A DNA stretch of 64,000 nucleotides from Lingula anatina. Taxonomy: Eukaryota; Animalia; Brachiopoda. Of the stretch, positions 1 through 13,018 are shown one piece after another; the first letter of the stretch is position 1, and each line of letters begins with the position of its first letter. The position numbers were made by a program, and so were the translations under genes. The DNA lies in the NCBI GenBank assembly GCA_051362555.1, contig CM120640.1:52492788-52556787 (forward strand), given 5' to 3'. A model generated the notes under the pieces. The model was not told where the DNA came from. It saw only the letters and a list, made by a program, of their open reading frames with translations, and ran no database searches.

Positions 1-50
1 AGTATGTGGCCTATTTTTTTTTACCTCGTAGTTACTTTTTCATAAATTGA

Positions 51-97
51 TGGGGGGCCAACTTACCCCGGGGTCCAACTAGCCCCGGTCTCCCCTA
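51..97. mobile_element. Probable right end of a TA-flanked MITE
   Basis: GC-rich 'ccaacttaccccggggtccaactagccccggtctcccc' + TA, with an internal subterminal repeat. The other end would lie outside the window. Confidence 0.3.
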
Positions 98-530
98 TGT
101 CCTTTATAATATTCCCTTTTGTTTTAGCAAAATTTTAGAGGCCTGTGCTTTATTTATTTTCCAACTCATTTTGGTCTTATTGTGTATCCTTTATTTTATG
201 TAAACATTTTAATTTGTACATTTGTAAATTTCATTTTAAACCAGTACATGTACTTCAACCTTTTGGTTGATATATCTTTTAATAAAATTGTTATTATTAT
301 TTTCATTATATAAGGGACAGTCGTAATTTAAAGCTTGTTGAAGAATTGAATAGACAGGACAAATGTCTTTACGAGGATTGAAACCCCTCAGTAAGAGAAT
401 CCTTTAACTATAAGCATATAAAGTAATAGCTACGTTTCTCTAATTGTCTGCAATTACAATATACATCGTTTCATCTTGTCATCAGATGTATTTCTAGAAT
501 TTTCCTTGCGTCAGCTACAATGGAACGTAG

Positions 531-2129
531 TTATGGCTGCAGTGTTTTCAACCAGTCATCTGTGTTCTCAATAAAATCTGTAAAAGTAAGATTGCCAATA
601 TGCTCAATTTTCCAGGTAAGGTGATACTTTTTGTTTGGAGGAGCAACACTTTTTTCCCATTCTTTTCTATGTTCTTTAATCCATGTGAGATAGAATTTGA
701 TCGATTTCTCTATTTCATCTGTTGGTAGGTCGATGACACCTTCACAGCCAGATACACCAGAGATTCCATGCCACCGATGTCCAAGGATATGGGCAGCATT
801 TTGATAGCAGAAATTTATATGAATCCAATTACAAACCAATTCCACAATAAATGTTCCAGGTTTTGAGAACAGCATGTTGGACAGACCTGCCCCGTGTGGG
901 GCAACCACCATTACTGCACGATTAAACATGGCAGCTATGTCATTGAATGAAGGTAATGGTGAATCAGTAAACAATTCAAATCTGAAACCTAGAGCTGGGA
1001 CAAATTTCTCCATGAAATTCTGTAACTCTGTGTGGTGGGAATAGTGTCTTAAAGCTCCAGGATTTCTTTTGATTAAAACTACACTGTTTCTTTCATTCTG
1101 ACGAAACTTTTCATCAATTTGTTGTCTAAGGTGCTTGGAGAGGAACTGAGCATGTATAGGTCTGGCTCTTCCACATGTTGTACCTTCTGGGAGATATATC
1201 GTCTTGGCCCACACATGTCCAGTCACTATTCTGGAGGGATCAATTCCAAGGTGTTTCAAAATATTTTTAACTATCCCAACATTATAAATGTGTATTTTGA
1301 CGTCCTTATGTTTTTTAAGGAAGTTGATATAGAAACTTGCTCGTGTGAACTCCTCCATCATCGAGTGGAAGATGTTATTACCCCAAAACTGGGATAATAC
1401 AAACACAGTGTCTTCCACATTAGTTGGAGGTTTAAGGTTAGCAGGGGGGTGTTCCCCCAAGTCTGGATAATTGCACTGTGTAGCAACAATTTTAACGTTA
1501 GCACTAATTACATGCCCGAATTCAGCTGTTATCAGGCCCCTTGACACCTTAGTCAAGAATGTTGCCACACCAGGTCTACGATTTGAGTCTAACCTCTCCG
1601 GGTTTTTAAAATAAAACTCTTCTAATTTGATTGGCTTGAATGCAGCTGACAAGTCTGTAGTGCAAGACTTGTTGTACAGATGAAGAAAATTTTTCTTTGG
1701 TGGGTCTTGTAAATTCTTACACATAAGTTTTGATCCTGTCCAATTAAATGCTTTATCGATTGGCGTATTTGATATTGGGTCATTTGGATTAGCCTTTAGA
1801 ACTAAAACAGTTACTTGGGGATATTTGAGAACCTTTGAGAAATAGTCATCCTCCCATTGTTTCAAAACCTCCAATTGCGATGCCAGCTTGAAGTCACTAA
1901 GCTTGGTTGGAATATACTCCGGCATCTTTTTAATATTGTTGACCATAAACTTGGGTCTGGGTTTTGGTGCATCATTGATCAGCCAACATTTTACAGATGA
2001 ATTTATACCACACACGTTTGACAGGTACAACATAAGCACCAGCAAACATACCATTACAATAAATAGGACAAGGAAATAATTGCGTCGAACGTTTTCCAAC
2101 ATTTTGTCTGAAAATAAAAAGAATGACAT
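531..2129 (-). CDS. Glycosyltransferase family 61 (DUF563)-like type II membrane protein, copy 1, single coding exon
   Basis: 532-aa ORF with an N-terminal signal-anchor (FLVLFIVMVCLLVLMLYL), an NIFH motif and the GT61-typical VVAPHGAGLSNMLF..PGT..VE motif. Confidence 0.85.
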   Translation of the reverse strand: MSFFLFSDKMLENVRRNYFLVLFIVMVCLLVLMLYLSNVCGINSSVKCWLINDAPKPRPKFMVNNIKKMPEYIPTKLSDFKLASQLEVLKQWEDDYFSKVLKYPQVTVLVLKANPNDPISNTPIDKAFNWTGSKLMCKNLQDPPKKNFLHLYNKSCTTDLSAAFKPIKLEEFYFKNPERLDSNRRPGVATFLTKVSRGLITAEFGHVISANVKIVATQCNYPDLGEHPPANLKPPTNVEDTVFVLSQFWGNNIFHSMMEEFTRASFYINFLKKHKDVKIHIYNVGIVKNILKHLGIDPSRIVTGHVWAKTIYLPEGTTCGRARPIHAQFLSKHLRQQIDEKFRQNERNSVVLIKRNPGALRHYSHHTELQNFMEKFVPALGFRFELFTDSPLPSFNDIAAMFNRAVMVVAPHGAGLSNMLFSKPGTFIVELVCNWIHINFCYQNAAHILGHRWHGISGVSGCEGVIDLPTDEIEKSIKFYLTWIKEHRKEWEKSVAPPNKKYHLTWKIEHIGNLTFTDFIENTDDWLKTLQP

Positions 2130-3084
2130 ACTTGTTATATGGTTTATTAATATAAATTACTTTATTAACTCGCATAATTAATATTTTGTGTTCATAATTC
2201 TGTTGCTGCTCTTAATAAAACGTTCTCCATACACCTTGTTTCGCCAAGTGTGTATGTAGGTCGCAAGCTATCACAAACAGCAAGAATGCCGCCTTGGTAA
2301 CAGAGTGTTGACATGAAGCAAAACCTATTATCAGTGTGCCTTATACATGTAGGCCTACCTGATGTCGCTATCCTCTCTTTCCTAACTTGATCGTAAATTC
2401 AGTTATCGAGACACAAATTAAACTTCAGTGGACTTAGCTGCTCCTATACTCAGCCACACGCCAACTTTAAGTTCGACACAGTGTTTGCAGTCTTTTACAT
2501 AGGCCTATGCAAAGCTTTAAATCCTTATCAATATAATGAGGTCAGTCCTCTAATACTGCTAATACCGATTGGTGGTGTCAGGTTGATTTCTGATGACCGA
2601 CAGGTATCCCTAAGCGTCCCTTAAATCAGAGGAGGGAAATCCATCCTATTAACATGATAGTCAAAGTTACATGTACGACGCATTATGGCGTCCTGCGTCA
2701 AGGCAAGGACGTGAAAGAATGAAACGATATCGAACACAAAAGAGAATCAACAATACAACGGTCACGTGGTTATTTAGGAGTTTTTTTACAGGTTAAGGCC
2801 GCCGTTCAACTGGTCTCGTGAGCGAAATGTCGCATGATAAGGCCACACTTTTTTATTTTTATGGATGACATCCTCTGGGGACCCCAAAATCGGTGCGAGA
2901 GGGCGAAAAAAAAACAGTCCAAAAAAAAATGCTGCTTAAGTGAAGGAATGCCGTCAGTACACAGCTGGAAACACAAATTTACCACGGAAACACATATCAA
3001 ACTAACAATATGTCTTTATCCATGCTCTCTAAATATTAAAGCATTGTGAATACTTCGTAGAAAGGTAAAAAAGTCATGAATAGA

Positions 3085-3245
3085 CGGGCCCGTAGCCAGG
3101 GGGTTAGAAAGAACCACCCCTTTTGCTGGGAAAAGGTCCACTCTAGGTAAAATTATATCTAGATACATTAAGTTTTTATGGAAAATGGCCCACTTTTTCA
3201 AAAAAAAGATCCCCCCCCCTTTTGAAATTGCTGGCCACGGGCCTG
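3085..3245. mobile_element. MITE with C(A/G)GGCCCGTAGCCAG terminal inverted repeats (TIRs)
   Basis: 15-bp TIRs flanked by the direct repeat ATAGA. An inverted homolog lies at 21663-21842. Confidence 0.8.
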
Positions 3246-3419
3246 ATAGACATGCTGCATATTACCCAATCTATTTAGGGTTATTTCATGCATTTTGTTA
3301 GTATAACAATCAATAAAACAAATATCAATCAAACAGCATGTCTTTATTTGTACTCTCAGAATATTAAAGCATTATGAACACTACACAGAAATGTTACAAA
3401 ATGATGCAAACTTGAAAGA

Positions 3420-3720
3420 TATGCTTAAGCCAAAAGGTAAAATGTTTTTTCAAATATTGTGTTATCGGTGTTGCATAAATGCTGAAAAAAGGGAAAAAAC
3501 TACATAACTTCAATATAAATGGCCCTATCATGCTGATTTTCGAACTTGACCTGCGTATTAAGAATATTTATCAGTTTTGTAAGTTTCAAGCCATAAGGTA
3601 AAACGGTTTTTCAAATATTGTGTTATCGGTGATACATAAATGCTGAAAAAAGTGAAAAAACAGCATAACTTCCCCAAAAATGGCCCGATCATGCTGATTT
3701 TCGAACTTGACAGTTATGTG
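3420..3720 (-). repeat. Two units of the ~160-bp repeat found in the element at 33590-34150
   Basis: Shares 'cataacttc...atggcccgatcatgctgattttcgaacttgac'. Confidence 0.7.
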
Positions 3721-5394
3721 GAAACATAACTTGAAAGTTATGTGGTGAAAATTGTGGTGAAAATTGATAATTTTTGAAACTAGCATTCACCTTACTACTT
3801 GCAGGACTTGTACTCCCATAGCCTTTTCATAGGAGTCATTGAGTGGAAAAATACACATTTTCTTCTTTTTTTTTTTTTTTTCTTTTTTTTTCTCATGAAA
3901 AATTTCAAAAAGTGCCAATGTAACTTCCATTATGCATACTATATGATAAAAGTTATAAAGTTATAAAGCCTCTCTTTAAAGTGCCAGATTAAAGTCATGA
4001 AATTAAAGGATAATAGTTTTTTGGTCATCAGAGGTCAAAGTCATGTACGTGTTACAAGGTCAGTCTTGAAATGGGACCAGAATGGTGTAAAATATGTCCA
4101 ACTATAATTCTCACAGAAATAAAATTCCGTTCCAAGTAATTTGGTCAAAAGGTATTCAATTGTAAAGTGAAATTAATTGAACAACAAAAAAAAAATGATA
4201 GCTAAGGTCAAATGGACATGAATGTAATTAAATCAATCAAATAAAAATACCTGAAATGTCATTTCTCTCAAATTTTACAACCCGACATTTACAGATGATC
4301 ATGCCCTAGCAGCTTCAGTAGGCGTGACAGACATCTAAGCTGCTTAAGTTGAATGAAATTAAGCGAGAAAAGAGGGATCCACAGTTAGTACAGTACAATA
4401 GGGTCTGGGAATGTTCCCTTTTTTTATACAGCCCAGTATTGAGTATCCAAACACTGCCCTATAGGATACAAATCAAGAAATTAAACAGGCCCTGCAGTCC
4501 ATTTGCTCAACTTCTCAAAAAAAAAAAAAAGAAATGGTTGTCTTGGCCTGGAACAATTAAGTTGGGCACTGCCGTATAATATAATGGTCATTATCAGTAT
4601 ATAGGCTGTAGCAAGCAATCATCTGTATCCTCATATTTTCCTTCAGAACCACTGGGTGGTTTTGACACCACAGTGAATGGCAAATGGGCTGATCTGCTGC
4701 CATGAGCAATTGCTTTCACCACACAGTCTCCAGAAACACCCCAGAAACAAACATTAAACAATTAGTTTGCCATCATAACTTCAAGAAGGAATCTCAATTT
4801 ATCAGAAATTCTGACATGACTGTAATTGAGTTGATGTATCCAATTTGCTAAGGGGAAGCATAAGTGACCAATTCGAGGTTGAGAATTTTACAACAGGAAT
4901 AAAAATCCTGTTAGAATTTTTTTTTAAATCCATATCATTCTGATTTCTTAAGACTGAAAACAAGTTGCTGACTTCTTAAAACTGAAAACAAACTGTTACA
5001 TATTTGATATTGATCAAACTTTGTTACCTATAAGCCTGGCAAACTAATGACAACATCTCAATATTGCTTACCTTGAACATTGCTTTAACATTGAAACAAC
5101 GTAATTTCTCCTCTGGGTTATTATACAATTCATTTTACATTAGTAAAAATTCTAATATAATTTACCAAACAATATAGTTATAAATCCCAGAAAAAATAGG
5201 GTAAACTGAAACTTTAAAAAAAGATAACTGAGCATTGCAGCTCTGCAAATAGTATACATGTAGTATTAAATAGTAATACTGTATAGTTAACATGTATATG
5301 CTGTAATATCACATTAAAGAACTTATATCTACTCCTTATATACTAGAGAAACTAAGCACAGATTATCATGATGCCCATAATTAATTGACCGTTG

Positions 5395-6993
5395 TTATGG
5401 TTGCAGCATTTTCAACCAGTCATCTGTGTTTTCAATAAAATCTGTAAAAGTAAGATTGCCAACATGTTCAATTTTCCAGGTAAGGTAATAATTTTTGTTT
5501 GGAGGAGCAACACTTTTTTCCCATTCTTTTCTATGTTCTTTAATCCATGTAAGATAGAATTTGATTGATTTCTCTATTTCATCTGTTGGTAGGTCGATGA
5601 CACCTTCACAGCCAGATACACCAGAGATTCCATGCCACCGATGTCCAAGGATATGGGCAGAATTTTGATAGCAGAAATTTATATGAATCCAATTACAAAC
5701 CAATTCCACAATAAATGTTCCAGGTTTTGAGAACAGCATGTTGGACAGACCTGCCCCGTGTGGGGCAACCACCATTACTGCACGATTAAACATGGCAGCT
5801 ATGTCATTGAAAGAAGGTAATGGTGAATCAGTAAACAATTCAAATCTGAAACCTAGAGCTGGGACAAATTTCTCCATGAAATTCTGTAACTCTGTGTGGT
5901 GGGAATAGTGTCTTAAAGCCCCAGGGTTTCTTTTGATTAAAACCACACTGTTTCTTTCATTCTGATGAAACTTTTCATCAATTTGTTGTCTGAGGTGTTT
6001 GGAGAGGAATTGAGCATGTATAGGTCTGGCTCTTCCACATGTTGTACCTTCTGGGAGATATATCGTCTTGGCCCACACGTGCCCTGAGACTATTCTGGAG
6101 GGGTCAATTCCAAGGTGTTTCAAAATATTTTTAACTATCCCAACATTATAAATGTGTATTTTGATGTCCTTGTGTCTTCTAAGGAAGTTGATATAGAAAC
6201 TTGCTCGTGTAAACTCCTCCATCATCGAGTGGAAGATGTTAGTACCCCAATACTGGGACAATACAAACACAGTGTCTTCCACATTAGTTGGAGGTTTAAG
6301 GTTAGCAGGGGGGTGTTTCCCCAAGTCTGGATAATTGCACTGTGTAGCAACAATTTTAAAGTTAGCACTAATTACATGCCCATGATTAGCTGTTATCAGG
6401 CCTCTTGACACTTTAGTCAAGAATGTTGCCACACGAGGTCTACGATTTGAGTCTAATCTTTCCGGGTTTTTAAAATAAAACTCTTCTAATTTGATTGGTT
6501 TGAATGCAGCTGACAAGTCTGTAGTGCAAGACTTGTTGTACAGATGAAGAAAATTTTTCTTTGGTGGGTCTTGTAAATTCTTACACATAAGTTTTGATCC
6601 TGTCCAATTAAACGCTTTATCGATTGGCGTATTTGATATTGGGTCATTTGGATTAGCCTTTAGAACTAAAACAGTTATTTGGGGATATTTGAGAACCTTT
6701 GAGAAATAGTCATCCTCCCATTGTTTCAAAACCTCCAATTGCGATGCCAGCTTGAAGTCACTAAGCTTGGTTGGAATATACTCCGGCATCTTTTTAATAT
6801 TGTTGACCATAAACTTGGGTCTGGGTTTTGGTGCATCATTGATCAGCCAACATTTTACAGATGAATTTATACCACACACGTTTGACAGGTACAACATAGG
6901 TACCAGCAAACATACCATTACAATAAATAGGACAAGGAAATGATTGCGTCGAACGTTTTCCAACATTTTATCTGAAAATAAAAAGAATGACAT
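5395..6993 (-). CDS. GT61-like glycosyltransferase, copy 2 (tandem paralog)
   Basis: 532-aa ORF with the same motifs; about 20 amino-acid differences from copy 1 by manual comparison. Confidence 0.85.
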   Translation of the reverse strand: MSFFLFSDKMLENVRRNHFLVLFIVMVCLLVPMLYLSNVCGINSSVKCWLINDAPKPRPKFMVNNIKKMPEYIPTKLSDFKLASQLEVLKQWEDDYFSKVLKYPQITVLVLKANPNDPISNTPIDKAFNWTGSKLMCKNLQDPPKKNFLHLYNKSCTTDLSAAFKPIKLEEFYFKNPERLDSNRRPRVATFLTKVSRGLITANHGHVISANFKIVATQCNYPDLGKHPPANLKPPTNVEDTVFVLSQYWGTNIFHSMMEEFTRASFYINFLRRHKDIKIHIYNVGIVKNILKHLGIDPSRIVSGHVWAKTIYLPEGTTCGRARPIHAQFLSKHLRQQIDEKFHQNERNSVVLIKRNPGALRHYSHHTELQNFMEKFVPALGFRFELFTDSPLPSFNDIAAMFNRAVMVVAPHGAGLSNMLFSKPGTFIVELVCNWIHINFCYQNSAHILGHRWHGISGVSGCEGVIDLPTDEIEKSIKFYLTWIKEHRKEWEKSVAPPNKNYYLTWKIEHVGNLTFTDFIENTDDWLKMLQP

Positions 6994-9900
6994 ACTTGTT
7001 ATATGGTTTATTAATATAAATTATTTTATTAACTCGCATAATTAATATTTTGTGTTCATAATTCTGTTGCTGCTCTGAATAAAACGTTCTCCATACACCT
7101 TGTTTCGTAAAGTCATTATGTAGGTCGCAAGCTATCACAAACAGCAAGAATGCCGCCTGGGTATCAGAGTGTTAACATGAAACAAAACCTATATTATCAG
7201 TGTGACTTATACATGTAGGCCTACCTGATGTCGCTATCCTCTCTTTCCTGACTTGATCGTAAATTCAGTTATCGAAACACAAATTAAACTTCAGTGGAAT
7301 TAACTGCTCCTATACTCAGCAACACGCCAACTTTAAGTTCGACACAGTGTTTGCAGTCTTTTACATAGGCCTATGCAAAGCTCCAAATCCTTATCAATAT
7401 AATGAGGTCAGTCCTCTAATACTGCTAATACCGATTGGTGGTGTCAGGTTGATTTCTGATGACCGACAGGTATCCCTAAGCGTCCCTTAAATCAGAGGAG
7501 GGAAATTCATCCCATTAACATGATAGTCAAAGTTACATGTACGACGCATTATGGCGTCCTGCGTCAAGGCAAGGACGTGAAAGAATGAAACGATATCGAA
7601 CACAAAAGAGAATCAACAATACAACGGTCACGTGGTTATTTAGGAGGTTTTTTTTACAGGTTTGGTGTTAAGGCCGCCATTCAACTGGTCTCGTGAGCGA
7701 AATGTCGCATGATAAATCGATGCACATAGGAAAATGAGGATACTGTAGTTATTTCGCATTAATACGGATTGATAGGAACAATAAGCAATCATTGAGAGCG
7801 GTCAAAAATGAAAGCACTCAAAGTACTGTGAAGAATATATGTTAGCATTCATTCGGTGTCTTAAATTACAAAAGGGGTCTGTAGTTATTATAAGCTCACC
7901 CCGTTGCTTTGTTATATTTATTTTACAGTGGGGGGAGGGAGGCGACAGTGTGGTTTTTTTTTGTGTTTTAGTGGGGCCCCGACATCAGAGGGTAGAAGGA
8001 GTTAAGGTGCAGCAAGTTTTAGCGGGGGTCATTCCAAGAACGTGCACTGGAAGGAGTTGCAGATTATGGGGGGAGGGGGTTCGATGTTAACTCCCTTCGC
8101 GCTTACAGGAAAGAGCTTACAGCGGGTGATAATCTGTAACCAGGCTGCCGCTAGGTGGACTTTGGAAAATAAAAGACCACTATATTTTATATGCTATCGC
8201 TTTATTTATTTTTTTTACATTTGAGCTACGTGTAACACCTAAATCATAGTACCACTGGAACTTAAAATGTTGCTACACTCAGCAGTGATTATATCAAGGA
8301 GAATACATTTTTGTGGCAAGATTTGATTGTTTTAATTTTTTTACAACGTATTGTGATTATTAGTACAACTTTTGATGGTTAATTTAATATTTCATAAATC
8401 TTTTATATTATATAATTCACCAGTTCTGCAAGCAATTTTATTGTTTTCTTAGCGTGTTACTATACTTCTGTCAAAATAGGACAAAAGAGAGGAAGGGCCT
8501 ATAGTATGCTGGAAGAATTTTAGTGTTTGTTTATTTCGCACTATAATAGGTTCAAATAGGTTCAAAAATGAGATTCCAGGCCACGCATGCAATTCAGGGT
8601 GCACCATTAGTTCAACAACAAAACCTTTTAAGTTAAACTTGGACATAATAACGAATGGTTAAAACTTTTAAATTGATAACTGGCAGCTCATTTACAGTTG
8701 ATGGTGTAGTTTTATTTGCTTGTTGTTGAACTTAAAAAAAAACAGAAGATACATAGCATGGCAATAATCTAGTTTTCATTTAACATAGAAATGACATCAA
8801 CTGTCGCACCTTGGGGCCATCAAACTTAGAGTCCTGGGTTGCATTAAACACACACACACATATCAAATAAAGAAACGACTCTCATTTTGCACAATTTAGG
8901 CCTACCTGTTTATGACATGCCACCACAACGGCACTTTTACATGATATTGATCACGCTACACCAGACGCAAACACGTATCAAAGAGTAAAAGAGAAGGATT
9001 TGTAAGTTCAATTTGTTATTTTGCAAATGCATCATATTCTATGTCTTTGCATTTAAATTGTAATGTACTCTACAGATATTTAAAATTAACAATATTCAAA
9101 TCTACCAATTGTTATCAGTCTTGCAGACGATTTCGGAAGTGTATTATATGGGTTTGTGGTGTGCTGCAAGGTTGAGAAACTAATGGGCAAGTGCAAGGCA
9201 GAGATAGCTTTTATTGAGTCTGATTTTTCGAACATAATATTTATTGAAAAGTACAGTATTCAAGATTTTATCTGAAAACAGAAGTTCCATCTTTGGATAA
9301 TTTTATACATGTAGTTTTGGTTTCTCTTATATCATTTCAAAACATTTTAAAGGATTTTTCAACTGCTTGAAAACTTAATTAATAACATATAAAGACAGAC
9401 ATCTAATGAGAATTCTCTAGGTAGCAAAAGTTTGCTTTTTTTATATTAGCCTATAAGCATATATCCTAGGTACAATATGTCAGTAAAGGAGGAGGACAGA
9501 ATCGTGGCAACGAAAATGAGATTATCTGCCCACAATCTAGTCATCGAGAAAAACAGGTGGGTCAGAACACCATGAAAAATTGTTTGTTAATGCATATATA
9601 TATATACGGCAGAGTGCCGAGAAAGTTTCGCTCAATAGCCTTTTCAATTTGAATATCGTTTTTCCTAGAATATCGTTTTCTTGTGGAGTAAAAATGAGTT
9701 CAAGTATGGGAGGGAACATGTTTGGCGGAAAGCAGAAAATGTTTTTGATCCAAAATGTTTTTAACCAAATTTCTGCAAAAATACGGAATGTTGTCTTTTT
9801 AATGAATAACTGATTTTATGGACAAGAACATGTCAGATACTGCAATTTCTACAGCTTAACATATGCATGACATGTATTTATTTTATACATAGTTTTGTTC

Positions 9901-10359
9901 ACCAACCGGTTGCCTTGCGCTTCAAGGTAAGGATAGTCCGAGGCGTAGAGGCAAGAAGAGGCTTAGGTTAAAAGACTGTTTAAACTATCCTGTGCTGCAC
10001 GCAATAATTTTTATTGTATCATTTAGGTTTCCCTCAAACGCTGTCGAAAGGAAAACAACAAAGCTATTAATCAGCAATTATTGTTATTTGGAGCCATTAC
10101 CGTTGTCATAATCATGCCTAAATTACAAGATATATGCCCGGAAAAGCTATGCTTAAATATCCTGTAATACCCGCTAGATTACGAAAACAGAACGTGAGAA
10201 GTCACTCCGCTGCAATGCATTATGCACTTTACAATGCAAGACATTCCTGGCGCATATAATTTCATCCTTTTCGCTGTAAAGATAACTCCATATCACGTAG
10301 ATTCTCGACCGTTTGCTAGTCTGTTGGTCTATTTAGGTTGGTCCCCATTAGCTCTTCTC

Positions 10360-10392
<33 letters not shown>

Positions 10393-10395
<3 letters not shown>

Positions 10396-10536
10396 AGGGC
10401 CACAGATTTCAAAGATACCCGGTATGTCTCTATCTAATTACATGTACTTTTCTGAGACAGTACAACATTGTGTCGTAGAATAGCCAGAGACATATCTGTG
10501 AATATCTAGTGGAAATCAATATGTGACTCTGGTAGA
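10393..10536. mobile_element. Degenerate miniature relative of the 19772-20539 element
   Basis: Left 'taccaggg..agattt..tatgtctcta' and right 'agagacatatctgtgaatatct..ctggtaga' match that element's TIRs. Confidence 0.5.
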
Positions 10537-10632
10537 AGTTACTTATCATCTCTCACATTCCCACCTTTCATTCTTCTATTTACCTACTTTAACTATCAAT
10601 ATCCTCGTTCATCTTGACAACCTTCTGTCTTA

Positions 10633-10846
10633 GGGACCATTCCCATAATCATGTCGTACTAGCAGGATCTATCTGTCTCCGCGGGGATTCTCGCTAAATT
10701 GCATTCAGTTTTAGCGTACATGAAAGTTAATTACCCCACTAGCAGCTTCAGTGTGCGTGACCGCTTAAACTGAATGCAATTTAGCGAGGAATTCCCTCGG
10801 AGTTAGATCGATCTTGCTAGTGCAATAGATATATGGGAACCCAGTC
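10633..10846. mobile_element. PIF/Harbinger-type foldback MITE
   Basis: Long imperfect inverted repeats (ctcgctaaattgcattcag / ctgaatgcaatttagcgag), GGG start and TTA flanks. Relatives lie at ~4305-4420, ~31375-31650 and 52577-52824. Confidence 0.65.
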
Positions 10847-11399
10847 TTAAGTAGTTTTAATTTTATGGAAATGTATTATATCACTACAGGTCTTTGCAAT
10901 TTGATACCAATTCTGTTAAAAAAAGAACAGTAACTTTGTTCATGCATATTCTAAATATATTTTACTTGTTGCCCTTGGCCTTGGGCCCAAATTAAGCCCC
11001 CCATCCCAATACTTAATATCGTGGGATTAGCCACGTGCGCAAGATGATGCGTGAACATCCACGTTATATACTGGCTCGTCCAAGGTCAGGTAACATTTAC
11101 AGGTGGGCAGATGTGACACCTTGGTGTACGTAACAACCACACTTTATGGCTAACCCATTGCTAATGAAACATTTCAGTTTAAACAACTCACATTAATGTA
11201 TTTTAGGTGTCTTGTTTTCTTGGAATGATTTAGGATTTACATTTTAAAGTGACATGTCACCACCTTGCAATAAATTCAGCACTGGTGGCAATAAAACATG
11301 GTCGTTCGTGAAAGATAAGTAATAAACCAAGGAAACTACAATCGTCAAAAATAAACACGAGTTTTGTAATAGTACAGGTGCTCCTAGTGTTTGCGAATA

Positions 11400-13018
11400 C
11401 AGACTTGACATTTAATATGGAATCTTTCAGTTTCGAATGTATGCCTAGGTGAAAATGCGTTCTTTTTTCACAAACTCCGATCTCATATAAGATATGTGAA
11501 TGGAGAAGTGTGTAGTCAGGTGTGTCGCTACCAATTAATGATTATTAGGTTTGTTGCGCTGCTGCTTTATGTAATATGCAGTGATTTAATTGGGTAGTGC
11601 TCCTTTGGGCAGGTCAAAGCTGGGCTTTGGCAAAGCATGGTTCTGTCAAAAAAGTATCTATATGTCTGCAACTACTGCATAGAAGAATTTGACATTTTGC
11701 ATGCAAGAAGTCGTAAAATGAGCTATGTAGTGCTTTACAAATTTGTTAATCTGTGGCAGAATGGCGCGAAAAAGACAGGCATTGCTAGACAGGTAATTGC
11801 GCCAAACGAAACGGTCCGCACAGTTTTATAGAGTAATGCCCAGACTGATGTACCTACACAGAGGCCACAACCAATGTATTGAAATCTTACCACCAGGGTA
11901 CAGGACCCACTGTCTTTCGGAATATGCTGTTGCAACTAAACAAAATCCACCCAGTCCGTTCAGAATGAGGGGTAAATTGCCACCAAAACGCATTTTTCAA
12001 GGCCCTTAGTGAACACCAAACTGGTTTTAGCTGGTTAAAATACCAGACGACCTCCGAGGAACCCACTGTACACAGCAAAACATCGTTGTATGTTTCTCTA
12101 TTGAATTGGGGTCCTTGACTGTTTCTGAGTTGAACACTGAAATCTCGTGGCTTTTTGAGGTCAGATTTCACCTGTACCGCTCAACAGTCAAAACAGAGTT
12201 TACAGACATCCAGAAGAGGCCAACGACGAAGCGTGTATCGCGTCTAAAGTGACTAAGGTCATTAACAGCGTCATTATTTGAAGTGGATACCACATTGGTG
12301 CCAAAACACCAATGGTAGTCATCGACGAAAACCTGAGCCAGATCAAAGAAATAATCTGGGAACCACTTGGCTATCATTTGATAGGGGGCAACTTAGGAAC
12401 AATTTTAGGTTGCACGGTTCACACAGAGCACTTTTAATAGCAGATTACTTACAGAACCAAGGGAATGAGCAGCTACCTTGATCAACAAAATCGCCATATT
12501 TGAACCACATAGACAATATGTGGGTAGCCCACTACTCTCCGAATCAATGGCCTACATGTCCTACAACAAAACTGGACCAAATTGGGCAGATTTTGACCGA
12601 TGCCTGGAATGTTATTCCAGATTGAACTATCCCAAGGAATGCCTTGCCACTTGAGAGCGCTGGTAGCAGCCAGAAGAGGTCAGGCGTAACAGCGACCGTT
12701 ACTGTGACTGGACATTGACATGCGGGTCCTTTGTGGAGCGTTTAACTCTTTTACAGACAATAACTTGGAAAATATGGAGGTCGTCCAAAATATCCCTTTT
12801 AATGGTTGTCGTATGCCATAGAATAGGCAATGTGTTTTTGTTTGCTTCTCTGGCGAATTCCATTAATGAACTGATGCCACAATGACATCAAAGAGATAAT
12901 TAAAAGTTATTAAAACACGATTTTAATCCTTATTTTCATTTATCAGTCAGCAAAAAAGGAAAAAAAACTGATGAAAAATGAATTGGAAAAAAATATTCCA
13001 TATTAAATGTCAAGTCTG
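11400..13018 (+). mobile_element. Decayed Tc1/mariner transposon
   Basis: Perfect 24-bp TIR cagacttgacatttaatatggaat with TA flanks. Broken transposase fragments include HRALLIADYLQNQG..LP*STKSPYLNHIDNMW, matching the WPxxSPDLNPIE motif. Confidence 0.9.

Larger units (their letters stand above)
530..7715. repeat. Direct duplication of a ~2.3-kb unit (about 530-2840 and 5394-7715)
   Basis: The CDS and ~700 bp of upstream sequence are near-identical. Similarity ends at 'cgcatgataa' upstream and at the stop codon downstream. Confidence 0.95.
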
